This document shows positions 8,805 through 19,732 of a DNA stretch of 64,000 bases, in pieces. The first letter of the stretch is position 1. The number at the start of each line of letters is the position of its first letter. The notes beneath the pieces were generated by a model. It had not been told where the DNA came from and did no database searches. It saw nothing but the letters and a program-made list of their open reading frames with translations. This DNA is from Hydrogenophaga sp. (GTDB lineage Bacteria > Pseudomonadota > Gammaproteobacteria > Burkholderiales > Burkholderiaceae_C), in the NCBI RefSeq assembly GCF_051860785.1, contig NZ_JBIMLB010000016.1, forward strand, positions 9,108-73,107, written 5' to 3'. The position numbers and the translations under genes are program-made.

Positions 8805-10322
8805 TCATTCCTCGTGGGTAAGACTCAAGCCCAATGCGCCACGCCGACGCAGCCAGGGAGAAGGGCGGTAGCGTGGATCGCCGTACACGGTCTGCAGGTT
8901 GAACAGGATCTCCAGCACGTTGGTCGGCCCGATGCGATCGCCCATGGCCAGAGGCCCTGCCGGGTAGCCCAGGCCGAGTGTGACCGCGATGTCCAGATCG
9001 GCGGGTGAGCAGATACCTTGCTGGCACATGTCGGCGGCAATGTTGACGATGGTGGCGACCACGCGCTGCGTGACGAAACCGCCGCTGTCGCGGATTACGC
9101 TCACCGGCTTGCCATCGCGCGCGAACAGCGCGTGCGCGGCGTCGCGCATGTCGGCTCGCGTGGCGGGGTTGGTGGCCAGCACGCGACGGCGCGTGGCGGC
9201 GTCTTCCAGCATCATGTCGATGCCCAGGGTGCGTGTGGCGTCCAGCCGCTCCACCGCGGCCAGTGTGGTCACGTCCAGACCCAGAGGCGCCACCAGGATC
9301 AGCGCGCTGGCCGAGGGGGTGGCCCCGGTCTCGATGCTTGCACCCAGGTTCTTGAGCAACTGGTAAAGCTCCTGGCGCCTGGCTGCCTTGGGCGAGACCC
9401 ACACAGGTGGAAGTTCAGCGATGCTGGGGGTGGGTGGCTCGGCGGACAAGCGGGCCACGCCCTTGTCGTAGACGTAGAAACCTTCGCCGACTTTCTTGCC
9501 CACCACACCGCCAGCGAGGCGCTGGGCGGTGATGACGCTGGGCCGGTAGCGTGGTTCTTCGAAGTACTGGTGGTAGATGGATTCCATCACCGGGTGCGAG
9601 ACGTCCAGCGCGGTCAGGTCCATCAGTTCGAACGGACCAAGGCGAAATCCCATCTGGTCCTTGAGGATGCGGTCGATGGTGGCGAAATCGGCCACCTGCT
9701 CCCCAACCACCCGCAGCGCTTCGGTGCCATAGCCGCGCCCGGCGTGATTGACGATGAACCCGGGCGTGTCCTGGGCCACCACCGGGGTGTGACCGAATTG
9801 GCGTGTGTAGTCGGTGAGGCGCTGGCACACCTCGGCACTGGTCTTCAGGCCAGCAATGACCTCGACCACTTTCATCAGCGGTACGGGGTTGAAGAAGTGA
9901 TAGCCCGCGAGTTGCGTTGGGCGCTTGAGTGCCGCGGCGATCGCGGTGACCGAAAGCGACGAGGTGTTGGTTGCGAGAACCGCGTCGGGCTGCACGATGC
10001 CTTCGAGGTCGGCAAACAGCCGTTGCTTCACATCCAGCCGCTCGACCACTGCCTCGACCACCAGATCGCACGGAGCGAGGTCGGTCAGCGCCTGGGCCAG
10101 ATGAAGGCGTTCCAGGCAGGCCTGCATGGTGGCGGCGTCCATGCGGTTCTTGCCCACGAGTGTCTGCCAGGTGGTCTGCAGGGCGTCCCGAGCGGCCTGG
10201 GCGGCACCGGCCTGCACGTCGAAAAGCCAGACCTGGCTGCCGGCCTGTGCCGCCATCTGGGCAATACCGCGGCCCATGGCACCGGTTCCAACAATGCCTG
10301 CCGACGGAAAAATGGGTTGCAT
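8805..10322 (-). CDS. 3-hydroxyacyl-CoA dehydrogenase (PaaH-like, duplicated C-domain)
   Basis: GTGAMGRG Rossmann motif, EAVVERLDVK, ATNTSSLS, HFFNP and PGFIVNH. Confidence 0.92.
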   Translation of the reverse strand: MQPIFPSAGIVGTGAMGRGIAQMAAQAGSQVWLFDVQAGAAQAARDALQTTWQTLVGKNRMDAATMQACLERLHLAQALTDLAPCDLVVEAVVERLDVKQRLFADLEGIVQPDAVLATNTSSLSVTAIAAALKRPTQLAGYHFFNPVPLMKVVEVIAGLKTSAEVCQRLTDYTRQFGHTPVVAQDTPGFIVNHAGRGYGTEALRVVGEQVADFATIDRILKDQMGFRLGPFELMDLTALDVSHPVMESIYHQYFEEPRYRPSVITAQRLAGGVVGKKVGEGFYVYDKGVARLSAEPPTPSIAELPPVWVSPKAARRQELYQLLKNLGASIETGATPSASALILVAPLGLDVTTLAAVERLDATRTLGIDMMLEDAATRRRVLATNPATRADMRDAAHALFARDGKPVSVIRDSGGFVTQRVVATIVNIAADMCQQGICSPADLDIAVTLGLGYPAGPLAMGDRIGPTNVLEILFNLQTVYGDPRYRPSPWLRRRGALGLSLTHEE

Positions 10323-10398
10323 AAGTGTGTCGTATTTGGAATAAGAGGCCCGGCGGCTATGACAAAATGACCGAACGAAAGAACGAAGGACATCCAAC

Positions 10399-12528
10399 GT
10401 GCGCCAGACATGGACAGCCTGTATTTTGCTATCAACTGCCATGGGCAGTTCGGCAGTGACCTTGGGAAGGCACAGTGGCGCAGCCCTCATTGGTCAACCG
10501 CTTGATGTCCGGGTGCAGCTTCTGGTCGGTCCTGATGAGGACGCCACCAACCAGTGCGTGACCACCGACGTGTTCTATGGCGACGCCCAGGTCTCGCCGG
10601 GCACCGTTCGCAGCACGCCCCAGAAGGCCGCCGGGGCCGATGCCCAGGCCTCGGTCCGCATCCAGTCGACCTTGCCGGTGAACGAGCCCATCGTCACGCT
10701 TTATGTGAAGGCAGGTTGCAGCAACCCTTTCACCCGACGCTATGTGCTGCTGGCCGATTTGTCATCGGAACCCGCAACGACCAGTTCTGCTGCACCCTCT
10801 GCTCCCTTGGCTGCACCCGTGCGGCCTCCCGCTGCCGAATCGGTGACGCCACCACCCCGTGCCGCGGCGGCGCCACGCTCTGATCGCGGTGCCAGAACCC
10901 CTGGCGCTTCCACGCGACCCGCCCCCGGGGCTGCGAGCCAGGCCAATGACCGGTCGGCTCCTGCCTCGAGGCCTCCCAGCGTGGTGCGCCGAGCGCCCAC
11001 TCCCGTGGCAGCGCCGCGCCTTCAACTCGACCCGGTGGATCTGGACCCCGGCATCGAGCGCGATCCGACGCTCAGGCTCTCACCGTTGATGCTCAGCGAA
11101 CCTGGAAGCTCCGAAGAAGCGCGGGCCGCCGCGACCGAGCGCTGGAAGGCCATCAACGCCTCGCCCGAGGACATCTTGCGCGATGCCCGCAAGCTGGGCC
11201 TCCTGGAGGCCGAGGCTACCGAGCTGCGCAACGCGCAAACCAGGGACCAGGCCAGCCTTGCCGAGCTGAAGTCCCAGCTGGAACAGGCGCGGGACCAGCG
11301 GTACAGCAACCCGCTCGTTCATGTGCTGGGTGGCTTGCTGCTGCTCGCGCTGCTGGCGTTGTTGTGGATCTGGCGGCGCAAGGCTCCGGCGGCAGGTTCC
11401 GAGGCTTCGCGTGCGTGGTGGTCATCTCATCCCGATGACAAGACGGCGGCCGACAAGCTTGGCGAACCTGTGGTGCGCAGTCCGCCGACGCCTGCCCCGA
11501 TCGTCGATGAAGGCAAAGAGATCGACTTCAATCTGGACGACGATTCTTCATTTGATGTGCTGACCCCCCCCAGGGCGGGCACGGTGCGCAGCGGCAGGCC
11601 TCCCCTCGCAGCGGAGCAGGCTCCAGCTCTGCCCACCCGCGACAAACGCGAATTTTCGTCCAGCGCCATCGGCGGCTCGCGTTCCATCGCTACCGAAGAG
11701 TTGTTCGATATCCAGCAGCAGGCCGACTTCTTCGTCTCGCTGGGCGAGGATGGACAGGCCATTGAGGTGCTGCGCAATCACCTTGCCGAAAGCCATGAGC
11801 CCAGCGCCTTGGCCTACCTCGATCTGTTCAAGCTGTACCACCGGCTTGGCCGGCGCCACGATTACGACCAGTTGCGCGACGAATTCAACCAGGTCTTCAA
11901 CGCCGGCGCACCACCTTTCGATCACTACACTGACGCCGGGCGAGGGCTGGAAGCCTATGAGACCGCGTTCAGCCGCATCCAGTCGCTGTGGCCGGAGCCC
12001 CGTGTGCTCGATCTGATCGAGCAATCGATCTTTCGCGATGCTTCCGACGACGAAGTCGAAGTCTTCGACCTTGAGGCTTACCGCGAACTCCTGCTGTTGC
12101 ATGCGATAGCGAAAGATCTCATCAAGCGCGATGGAACCCAGACCGCAGGCAACAGCGAATTCCGCCACACCGCCGTGCAGCCCCTCAAGGCGGCTGGTCG
12201 CCTGCTTGAGGGCTCGCCGATTGCCCAGACAGGATCTGCCCACGACGTTCGCGAGCGCAACACCCAACCCATGGGGCTGGACACGATGACACCTGCATCC
12301 TCGCGCCTGGGGCTGGACGTGAATCTGGACGACCTCTCGGAGTTTTCGGCATTCGAAGCCTCGCTGCCGGAAGTGGACGTGACCATCGAGCCAACCGTCA
12401 AGCCTCCTGAAGAGGAGCCACCTGGCGATTCGGGTGGCAATCTGATTGATTTCGAAGTGCAGGACTTCATGCCGCCCGAGCACCAGGACACCGACCGTCG
12501 CGACGGTGATCCCGACAAGAAGCCCTGA
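10399..12528 (+). CDS. FimV/HubP-like polar landmark protein
   Basis: FimV-type N-terminus (LGRHSGAALIGQPLDVRV), Pro/Ala linker, coiled coil, one TM helix and an acidic C-terminus with QQADFFVSLG. Confidence 0.65.
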   Translation: MRQTWTACILLSTAMGSSAVTLGRHSGAALIGQPLDVRVQLLVGPDEDATNQCVTTDVFYGDAQVSPGTVRSTPQKAAGADAQASVRIQSTLPVNEPIVTLYVKAGCSNPFTRRYVLLADLSSEPATTSSAAPSAPLAAPVRPPAAESVTPPPRAAAAPRSDRGARTPGASTRPAPGAASQANDRSAPASRPPSVVRRAPTPVAAPRLQLDPVDLDPGIERDPTLRLSPLMLSEPGSSEEARAAATERWKAINASPEDILRDARKLGLLEAEATELRNAQTRDQASLAELKSQLEQARDQRYSNPLVHVLGGLLLLALLALLWIWRRKAPAAGSEASRAWWSSHPDDKTAADKLGEPVVRSPPTPAPIVDEGKEIDFNLDDDSSFDVLTPPRAGTVRSGRPPLAAEQAPALPTRDKREFSSSAIGGSRSIATEELFDIQQQADFFVSLGEDGQAIEVLRNHLAESHEPSALAYLDLFKLYHRLGRRHDYDQLRDEFNQVFNAGAPPFDHYTDAGRGLEAYETAFSRIQSLWPEPRVLDLIEQSIFRDASDDEVEVFDLEAYRELLLLHAIAKDLIKRDGTQTAGNSEFRHTAVQPLKAAGRLLEGSPIAQTGSAHDVRERNTQPMGLDTMTPASSRLGLDVNLDDLSEFSAFEASLPEVDVTIEPTVKPPEEEPPGDSGGNLIDFEVQDFMPPEHQDTDRRDGDPDKKP

Positions 12529-12541
12529 ACGGCACCGCCGC

Positions 12542-13549
12542 TCAGCGCCTGACCTGCAGGGCTCCGGGATTGACGATGTTGGTGGGCGTGCCCTTGATGA
12601 AGTTGACGACGTTGTCGAACGCCGCTGCGAAATACATCTCGTAGCTGTCCTGCTCCACGTAACCGATGTGGGGAGTGCAGATACAGTTCTCCAGGCGGAG
12701 TAAAGCGTGCCCTTGCAGGATGGGCTCCGATTCAAAAACGTCGACGGCAGCCATGCCGGGATGGCCGCGGTTGAGGGCGGCAATCAGGGCTTCGGGTTCG
12801 ATCAATTCCGCGCGCGAGGTGTTCACCAGCAGCGCACTGGTCTTCATGCGCGCCAGGTCTTCCGCCTTTACACAACCCGCACTCTTTTCACTCAGGCGCA
12901 AGTGCAGTGAGAGCACGTCGGAATCTGCGAACAGCGTCGCCTTGCTGTCAACCGTCTCGTGGCCGTCTTCCCTGGCGCGTGCCCGTGCTTCCTCGCTGCC
13001 CCAGACCACAACACGCATGCCGAAGGCCCGGCCGTAGCCGGCCACCAGTTGGCCGATGCGGCCATAACTCCAGACGCCAAGGGTTTTGCCACGCAGCACC
13101 ATGCCCAAACCGAAATTGGCAGGCATTGCCGCCGCCTTGAGCCCGGCCTGCTGCCAGGCACCGTGCTTGAGGTGTGACACATACTGCGGAATGCGGCGCA
13201 TGGCGGCCAGCACGAGACCCCAGGTGAGTTCGGCAGTGGACACTGGAGAGCCCACACCTTCGGCCACGGCAATGCCTCGCTCGGTACAGGCGCCTACATC
13301 GAGATGACTGCCCACACGACCGGTCTGGGCGATCAGTTTGAGTCGGGGGAGTTTCTCGATGAGTTGCCGCGTGACCTGCGTGCGCTCGCGGATGAGAACC
13401 AGCACATCCGCATCGCGCAGTCGGATGGAGAGTTGACCCACACCTTTGACCGTGTTGGTGAACACCTTCGCGGGATAGGGTTCCAGTTTCTCGGCGCATC
13501 GCAGTTTGCGCACCGCGTCTTGATAGTCATCAAGGATCACAATATTCAT
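12542..13549 (-). CDS. D-2-hydroxyacid dehydrogenase
   Basis: SYGRIG, SLHLRL, VNTSRA, DVFESEP and TPHIGY family motifs. Confidence 0.9.
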   Translation of the reverse strand: MNIVILDDYQDAVRKLRCAEKLEPYPAKVFTNTVKGVGQLSIRLRDADVLVLIRERTQVTRQLIEKLPRLKLIAQTGRVGSHLDVGACTERGIAVAEGVGSPVSTAELTWGLVLAAMRRIPQYVSHLKHGAWQQAGLKAAAMPANFGLGMVLRGKTLGVWSYGRIGQLVAGYGRAFGMRVVVWGSEEARARAREDGHETVDSKATLFADSDVLSLHLRLSEKSAGCVKAEDLARMKTSALLVNTSRAELIEPEALIAALNRGHPGMAAVDVFESEPILQGHALLRLENCICTPHIGYVEQDSYEMYFAAAFDNVVNFIKGTPTNIVNPGALQVRR

Positions 13550-13606
13550 GGCCCTATTGTGCCTTCACCACCATCTTGATCGCCCCGCCGCACGGGCGCA
13601 GTGCGC

Positions 13607-13981
13607 TCAGGCGGCGCGCGCAGAAACCTGGGTTTCCTGATCTGCAAGCCGATCCAGTTCGGCGCACACATCGTTGATGCGGCCCGAGATCACCAACCGC
13701 ACGCCAATCGACGGTGAGGGCAGCGGATCCGTCTGGCGCAACACCCGGACACGGCACGAGCCGGGGTTTTCTGACCGCTTCAGCGGCGGAATGTGCGCTT
13801 CTTGTTGTGCGGACACATTCGCCGAGCGGCTCAGCCAGCCGGCACGAGAGAATCGCTGCACCGCACGGCTGGCCAGCGGTTCATTGGCCGCTGGCGTGCG
13901 GTGTGTGGAAGGCGCAGGCAGCCAGCAATCGATGAGCTGAAGCGGCGCGCGCCAGGTGTTGGTGTTGAAGAGGATTCCCAT
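13607..13981 (-). CDS. Small hypothetical protein (124 aa) downstream of lexA
   Basis: AAGGAG Shine-Dalgarno upstream of the ATG at 13981. C-terminal RLVISGRINDVCAELDRLA looks like a conserved motif. Confidence 0.7.
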   Translation of the reverse strand: MGILFNTNTWRAPLQLIDCWLPAPSTHRTPAANEPLASRAVQRFSRAGWLSRSANVSAQQEAHIPPLKRSENPGSCRVRVLRQTDPLPSPSIGVRLVISGRINDVCAELDRLADQETQVSARAA

Positions 13982-14119
13982 GCGAAACTCCTTGGTGGGG
14001 TTGAACACAGGCAGGATTGATGGAGAGTTGCCAACGCAGGGATGTGTCCTTGTGCAGGCTGCAGAAGCCCGCTGGACCAAACGCCCGCCACCTGCTGAGG
14101 CAACGCTGACCGGAACCGG

Positions 14120-14806
14120 TCAGAGCTGGAAACTGTTGCGGATCAACCCCACCGCCAGCCCCTCGATCTCGAAGGGCTCGCCTGGTTCGACCACGATGGT
14201 CTTGTAGTCGGGGTTTTCGGCATGCAGTTCGATCAGGTGCTGGCGCCTCATGAACCGCTTGACGGTGACGTCGTCGCCCAGGCGAGCCACCACGATCTGG
14301 CCATTCTTGGCTTCCTTGGTCGCCTGCACGGCAAGCAGGTCGCCGTCCATGATGCCGGCGTCCCGCATGGACATGCCGCGCACCTTGAGCAAGTAGTCTG
14401 GCGCACGCTGAAACAGGCTGCGCTCGACGTGGTAGGTCTGGTCCACATGCTCCTGCGCCAGGATGGGGGAACCCGCTGCCACGCGGCCGATCAGGGGCAA
14501 CATGAGCTGGGAGAAACCAGGGAGCGGCAGTGTAAGCTGGCGAGCCCTTGAATCATTGATGGAGCGCAGGTCTTCGCTGCGCAACCGGATTCCACGGGAC
14601 GTTCCACTGACCAGCTCGATGACGCCTTTGCGAGCCAGTGCCTGAAGGTGCTCCTCGGCAGCGTTGGCCGACTTGAACCCCAGTTCGCTGGCGATTTCGG
14701 CCCGCGTGGGTGGCGCACCTGTGCGGGCAATGGCGGTCTGGATCAATTCCAGAATCTGCTGCTGCCGGGCAGTGAGCTTCGGGGTGGCATGGGGCATGTC
14801 GGACAT
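14120..14806 (-). CDS. lexA: SOS repressor LexA
   Basis: PPTRAEIA...NAAEEHL HTH, Ala-Gly cleavage site (VAAG), catalytic Ser (GMSM) and Lys (VKR). Confidence 0.97.
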   Translation of the reverse strand: MSDMPHATPKLTARQQQILELIQTAIARTGAPPTRAEIASELGFKSANAAEEHLQALARKGVIELVSGTSRGIRLRSEDLRSINDSRARQLTLPLPGFSQLMLPLIGRVAAGSPILAQEHVDQTYHVERSLFQRAPDYLLKVRGMSMRDAGIMDGDLLAVQATKEAKNGQIVVARLGDDVTVKRFMRRQHLIELHAENPDYKTIVVEPGEPFEIEGLAVGLIRNSFQL

Positions 14807-14871
14807 GAAAACCTCGTCTGGAACGTGGAGAGGGGCCGGAGGACAAGCGGGCTGGGACTGTATACCTATAC

Positions 14872-14887
14872 CTGTTTTCTTATCCAG
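14872..14887. promoter_or_regulatory. SOS box CTGTTTTCTTATCCAG
   Basis: CTG-N10-CAG upstream of lexA. A degenerate third box (CTGTATACCTATACCT) lies at 14858-14873. Confidence 0.75.
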
Positions 14888-14890
14888 TGG

Positions 14891-14906
14891 CTGTATTTTT
14901 AACCAG
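14891..14906. promoter_or_regulatory. SOS box CTGTATTTTTAACCAG
   Basis: CTG-N10-CAG with an AT-rich core. Confidence 0.8.
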
Positions 14907-14923
14907 TTTGGGAGACTTGGCAA

Positions 14924-15895
14924 GTGGCGCAGGCAAATCGGGCTGATCGATTGGTGTTGTTGGGCACGGGTGGGACCATCGCGGGGCGGGCTGCCGAGGC
15001 AGCGGACAACGTGGGTTACGTGGCGGGCCAGGTTGACGTGGCCGAATTCGTTGCTGCGGTGCCTGCACTTGATGAGGCGCCTCTCGACGTGGAACAGATC
15101 GCCCAGATCGACAGCAAGGACATGGGGCTGGGCGTCTGGCAAGCCCTGGTGCGGCGCATCGCTGCGCATCTGGAACGCCAGGAGGTGAAAGCGGTGATCG
15201 TCACCCACGGCACCGACACCATCGAAGAGACCGCCTTCCTGCTGCAAAGCTTGCTGCGACCGGCAAAACCCGTGGTGCTCACGTGCGCCATGCGGCCGTC
15301 CACGGCCCTGATGCCAGATGGCCCTCAGAACCTGAGCGATGCCGTGGTGGTGGCTCGTTATGAAGGTGCGGTGGGTGTCGTTGTGGTGTGTGCGGGGCAA
15401 GTGCACGGCGCCCGCGACGTGGCCAAGGTCCACACGTACCGGCTGGACGCTTTCGATTCGGGCGATGCAGGCCCGCTGGCATGTGTCGAGGAAGGGCGGG
15501 TGCGGGCGTTTCGCAACTGGGATTCGGCGGGTGAAGACCGGCCGTTTGATACAAAAGCGCGGGCGCGCTTTCTGGCCATCAAGGAGCTGCCGCGCGTTGA
15601 GCTGATCACCAGCCATGCCGACGCCGACGGCAGTCTGGTGCGGGGCTTGCTCGCACTGCGGCACGAAAGACCTTTGCGCGGCATCGTGGTGGCAGGCACA
15701 GGCAACGGCACGGTGCACAGTGCGTTGACGAAGGCCTTGAACGACGCGCAGGCGCAAGGGGTTCGGGTGAGGCTGACCAGCCGCTGTGTGAATGGTCGCG
15801 TGGTACCTCATCCAGGACTGGCTTTCGAGGACGCTGGCGGCCTTTCCCCGGTCAAGGCGCGGTTGGCGTTGGCGCTGGACCTGCTGGAGGTCTGA
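14924..15895 (+). CDS. L-asparaginase/glutaminase (no obvious signal peptide)
   Basis: GTGGTIAG and HGTDT catalytic motifs. GTG start. Confidence 0.9.
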   Translation: MAQANRADRLVLLGTGGTIAGRAAEAADNVGYVAGQVDVAEFVAAVPALDEAPLDVEQIAQIDSKDMGLGVWQALVRRIAAHLERQEVKAVIVTHGTDTIEETAFLLQSLLRPAKPVVLTCAMRPSTALMPDGPQNLSDAVVVARYEGAVGVVVVCAGQVHGARDVAKVHTYRLDAFDSGDAGPLACVEEGRVRAFRNWDSAGEDRPFDTKARARFLAIKELPRVELITSHADADGSLVRGLLALRHERPLRGIVVAGTGNGTVHSALTKALNDAQAQGVRVRLTSRCVNGRVVPHPGLAFEDAGGLSPVKARLALALDLLEV

Positions 15896-15897
15896 TC

Positions 15898-16317
15898 GTG
15901 CTGGCCGCGCTCGGCGCCCATCCTTGGGCCTATCCCATGCTCGAGGTGGCGCATCTGTTGGGCGTCGCGCTGCTGCTGGGCAACCTGGTGCTTCTGGAGC
16001 TTCGCGTCTTCGGCTGGGGCGCGGCTCTGCCGGTGGAGCCCCTGGCACGCCTGAGCCTGGGATTGGCGATCAGTGGCTTTGCACTCGCTGCGGTCTCGGG
16101 CTTGCTGATGTTTGGCACGCAACCCGGGGAACTGTTGGCAAACCGTGTGTTCACAGCCAAGATGGTGCTGATCATGCTGGCGGGCTGCAACGCTGGCTGG
16201 TTCCATGCGCGTCGGTCGTTGCAACGGCAGGACGGCACGGCCCGCGCCTTGATGACGCTGTCGACCGTCTTGTGGCTGCTGGTGCTCACGTGCGGTCGAT
16301 GGATCGGCTATGTGTGA
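15898..16317 (+). CDS. 4-TM membrane protein (DUF6644-like)
   Basis: [19 protein letters not shown] and three further hydrophobic helices. GTG starts 2 nt after the asparaginase stop. Confidence 0.75.
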   Translation: MLAALGAHPWAYPMLEVAHLLGVALLLGNLVLLELRVFGWGAALPVEPLARLSLGLAISGFALAAVSGLLMFGTQPGELLANRVFTAKMVLIMLAGCNAGWFHARRSLQRQDGTARALMTLSTVLWLLVLTCGRWIGYV

Positions 16318-16340
16318 ATCGAAACCTGAAGGAGAACCGC

Positions 16341-16820
16341 ATGCAAAGACGTGAACTGGTACAGGCGGGTGCACTGCTCGGTCTGACGGGCTGGAGCTCC
16401 GGTGCCCTGGCTCACCACGGATGGAGCAGCTTCGACCAGGACCGCCCGGTCTACCTCGAAGGCAAGGCCGCAGAGGTGAAATGGCGCAATCCGCACGCGG
16501 AACTGGTGCTGGAAGTGGCGGAGAACCTGACGCTGCCGGCCGACCTGGCGCGACGCCCTTTGCCAGCACAGACGGCCGGTATCGATGGGCCGGCCTTGCT
16601 GGCCAAGACCGTGTTGCCGAGTCGGCGCGACAAGCGCTGGGAAATCGAACTGGCACCGCTGTTCCGCATGGGCCAGTGGCAGGTGCCTGAGATCAAGAAC
16701 GGCACCGCGATGGCCGTGGTGGGGTTCACGTTCAAAGAAGAAAAGGGCGAGGCGATCATCCGCGCCGAATACATCTTCGTTGATGGGAAAACCTACGGGC
16801 TGCGATCCAGCCCGGCTTGA
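16341..16820 (+). CDS. Exported protein (DUF6152-like)
   Basis: GAAGGAG SD, signal peptide ending ALA, then HHGWSSF and WRNPH. Confidence 0.8.
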   Translation: MQRRELVQAGALLGLTGWSSGALAHHGWSSFDQDRPVYLEGKAAEVKWRNPHAELVLEVAENLTLPADLARRPLPAQTAGIDGPALLAKTVLPSRRDKRWEIELAPLFRMGQWQVPEIKNGTAMAVVGFTFKEEKGEAIIRAEYIFVDGKTYGLRSSPA

Positions 16821-16824
16821 GGTC

Positions 16825-17493
<669 letters not shown>

Positions 17494-17634
17494 TCAAAGT
17501 TTTCAATGGCTTGGCCGCTGTCTCCAGCAGCGCGCCCGGACCTGGAATCCGGGGCAACCTTTCGAGGATAGCACGGGCATTCCGGAGTCTGGCTTACAGC
17601 ATCTGGAGCCGATCCACCCCGGAAAATGGCGATT

Positions 17635-18432
17635 TCAGCTAGCGCGAAGGAGGGCTCGCACACGTTCCAGATCAGCGGGCGTGTCGACACCCGGGCCGGG
17701 CGAAAGCCCCGTCACATGCACGGCGATGCGGTGGCCATGCCAGAGCACGCGCAATTGCTCCAGCGACTCGGTGGCCTCGAGCGGGGCAGGCTCGAGGCGC
17801 GGGAACGTGCGCAGGAAATTCACCCGGTAGCCGTAGATGCCGATGTGACGAAGCGGTGCAGGCGAGGGAAGGGCTGCCAGGGCTTTTCCCGCTGCAAGCG
17901 AACCCATGCCGTCCCGCCACCATGCGATCGGTGCTCGGCTGAAATACAGCGCCGTGCTGATCCGGTCGAGCACCACCTTGACGACGTTGGGGTTGAGAAA
18001 CTCGTCCGGTTGCGCGATGGCGTGGGCCGCAGTGCTCATCACGCAGTCGGTGCGACGTGCCAGTTCGGCGGCCACCGCGTCGATCAGCGCCGGCTCTATG
18101 AGTGGCTCATCTCCCTGCACGTTCACCACCACTTCGTCATCGTCCAGACCCAGCAACTCACAAGCTTCGGCCAGCCGGTCGCTGCCCGAGGCGTGGTCGG
18201 TGTTCGTGAGCACGGCCTCGATGGCGTGGGATTCGCATGCCTGGACGATGCGCGCATCGTCCGCGGCCACCACGCAGCGTCGTGCCGAACTCTGTTGCGC
18301 ACGCCGGGCCACGCGCACCACCATGGGCAGGCCGCCAATGTCGGCCAGGGGTTTGTCGGGCAGGCGGCTGGATGCCAGACGCGCTGGAATCAACACGGTG
18401 AAGCCAGCGCCGGCCACGGCCGAGGGCATCAT
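17635..18432 (-). CDS. kdsB: CMP-Kdo synthetase
   Basis: [22 protein letters not shown] and RHIGIY. Confidence 0.96.
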   Translation of the reverse strand: MMPSAVAGAGFTVLIPARLASSRLPDKPLADIGGLPMVVRVARRAQQSSARRCVVAADDARIVQACESHAIEAVLTNTDHASGSDRLAEACELLGLDDDEVVVNVQGDEPLIEPALIDAVAAELARRTDCVMSTAAHAIAQPDEFLNPNVVKVVLDRISTALYFSRAPIAWWRDGMGSLAAGKALAALPSPAPLRHIGIYGYRVNFLRTFPRLEPAPLEATESLEQLRVLWHGHRIAVHVTGLSPGPGVDTPADLERVRALLRAS

Positions 18433-18635
18433 CCCAGTGGTGCGGGTGCCGAAGGTCGCGCCGCTTCCTCTTCCGTCAGTGGACGCGCTTCGTGTTCGAG
18501 CAGGACCGGGATGCCGTCCCGCACCGGGTAGGCCAGCCGCGCGCTGCGCGAGATCAGCTCCTGTTTCTCGCGGTCGAAAATCAAAGGCCCCTTGGTCACG
18601 GGGCAGACCAGCAGCTCAAGCAGTTTGGTGTCCAT
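18429..18635 (-). CDS. Trm112/YcaR family protein
   Basis: [18 protein letters not shown]...[11 protein letters not shown], in the usual position between lpxK and kdsB. Confidence 0.93.
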   Translation of the reverse strand: MDTKLLELLVCPVTKGPLIFDREKQELISRSARLAYPVRDGIPVLLEHEARPLTEEEAARPSAPAPLG

Positions 18636-19704
18636 GGCGCGATGATAGTCGGGAGAGGTGTGCATCAACCGCCGCAAAGAAGGTAGGGTCTGGCACCAGT
18701 TCCAGCGGTATGGCCCACGCCGGCAGCGAGCCGTCGGGCGGCAGCATCGGGAACAGTTTGACAGCGTCTTTCTCGGTGCAGATCAGGGGATGGCGCGCGG
18801 TCTTGACCACGTCTGCATAGGCTGAGACGTCCGCATGGTCTGGCAAGGCGACGCAATCAGCCAGTTTGAAGCCGCGTTCACGCAGCATGTTGAAGAACAC
18901 TTCAGGGCGCGCGATGCCGGCGACAGCGATCAGCGGTTGCTCCCGCAGTTGGGCCAGCGTCGGGTTTTCACCTGCAGGCCCGACGGCAGAAGCCGCGAGT
19001 TGGCGCACGGCGTTGAAGATGGGTATGCCATTCAGCACCGGCGGACGGTTGGCCGCTGCGTTGGTACGGCCTTGCTGCAGCACCATATCGGGTCGGCCCG
19101 GTGCCCCGGCGCGGAGCGGCCACGGCTCACGCAGCAAGCCTGCGGGCAGAAGCCAGCCGTTGCCGATCCCACGGTCGTCGAACACCGCCACCGTCAGGTC
19201 GCGACCCAGGGCCAGGTGTTGCATGCCGTCGTCGCAGACCAGCAGGTTCACCTCGGGATATGTGGCCAGCAGGGCATGCGCAGCTTCCACCCGATAGCGT
19301 GCCACACAGACGGGTGCTCCGGTGCGCTGCCGGATGAGCAGCGGCTCGTCGCCCGAGTGGTGGGCAGGCGTGTCCGGCTCGACATGCACAAGGCCGTCAC
19401 CCTGTCGACCATGTCCACGCGAGATCACGCCCGGACACCAGCCGCGGGCCTGCAGGTGGGACACCAGGGCCATGGTGGTGGGCGTCTTGCCTGCGCCGCC
19501 CACCACGACGTTGCCGATCACGATGACTGGCACGCCCGGCTTGACCGACACGAACAGGCCAAGCGCGTAGAGTGCCCGGCGAGATGCAATGAGGGTGCGG
19601 TACACGAGAGAGAGGGGCCACAGCAGGCAGGCCAGTGCCCCACGGCGTTGCGCGCTTTGAAGCCACGCCGACTGCCAGCGCGCATGCCACTTGCCCTGGC
19701 TCAT
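18616..19704 (-). CDS. lpxK: Tetraacyldisaccharide 4'-kinase
   Basis: [23 protein letters not shown] and [10 protein letters not shown]. Confidence 0.95.
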   Translation of the reverse strand: MSQGKWHARWQSAWLQSAQRRGALACLLWPLSLVYRTLIASRRALYALGLFVSVKPGVPVIVIGNVVVGGAGKTPTTMALVSHLQARGWCPGVISRGHGRQGDGLVHVEPDTPAHHSGDEPLLIRQRTGAPVCVARYRVEAAHALLATYPEVNLLVCDDGMQHLALGRDLTVAVFDDRGIGNGWLLPAGLLREPWPLRAGAPGRPDMVLQQGRTNAAANRPPVLNGIPIFNAVRQLAASAVGPAGENPTLAQLREQPLIAVAGIARPEVFFNMLRERGFKLADCVALPDHADVSAYADVVKTARHPLICTEKDAVKLFPMLPPDGSLPAWAIPLELVPDPTFFAAVDAHLSRLSSRHGHQTA

Positions 19705-19732
19705 GGCTGGCGCCGTGCGGACACGGCCTGCT

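Noticed and set aside
10367-10388. TetR-type (FadP/PaaR-like) site ACCGAACG upstream of the 3-hydroxyacyl-CoA dehydrogenase
   Set aside because: Only a half-site, with no convincing palindrome.
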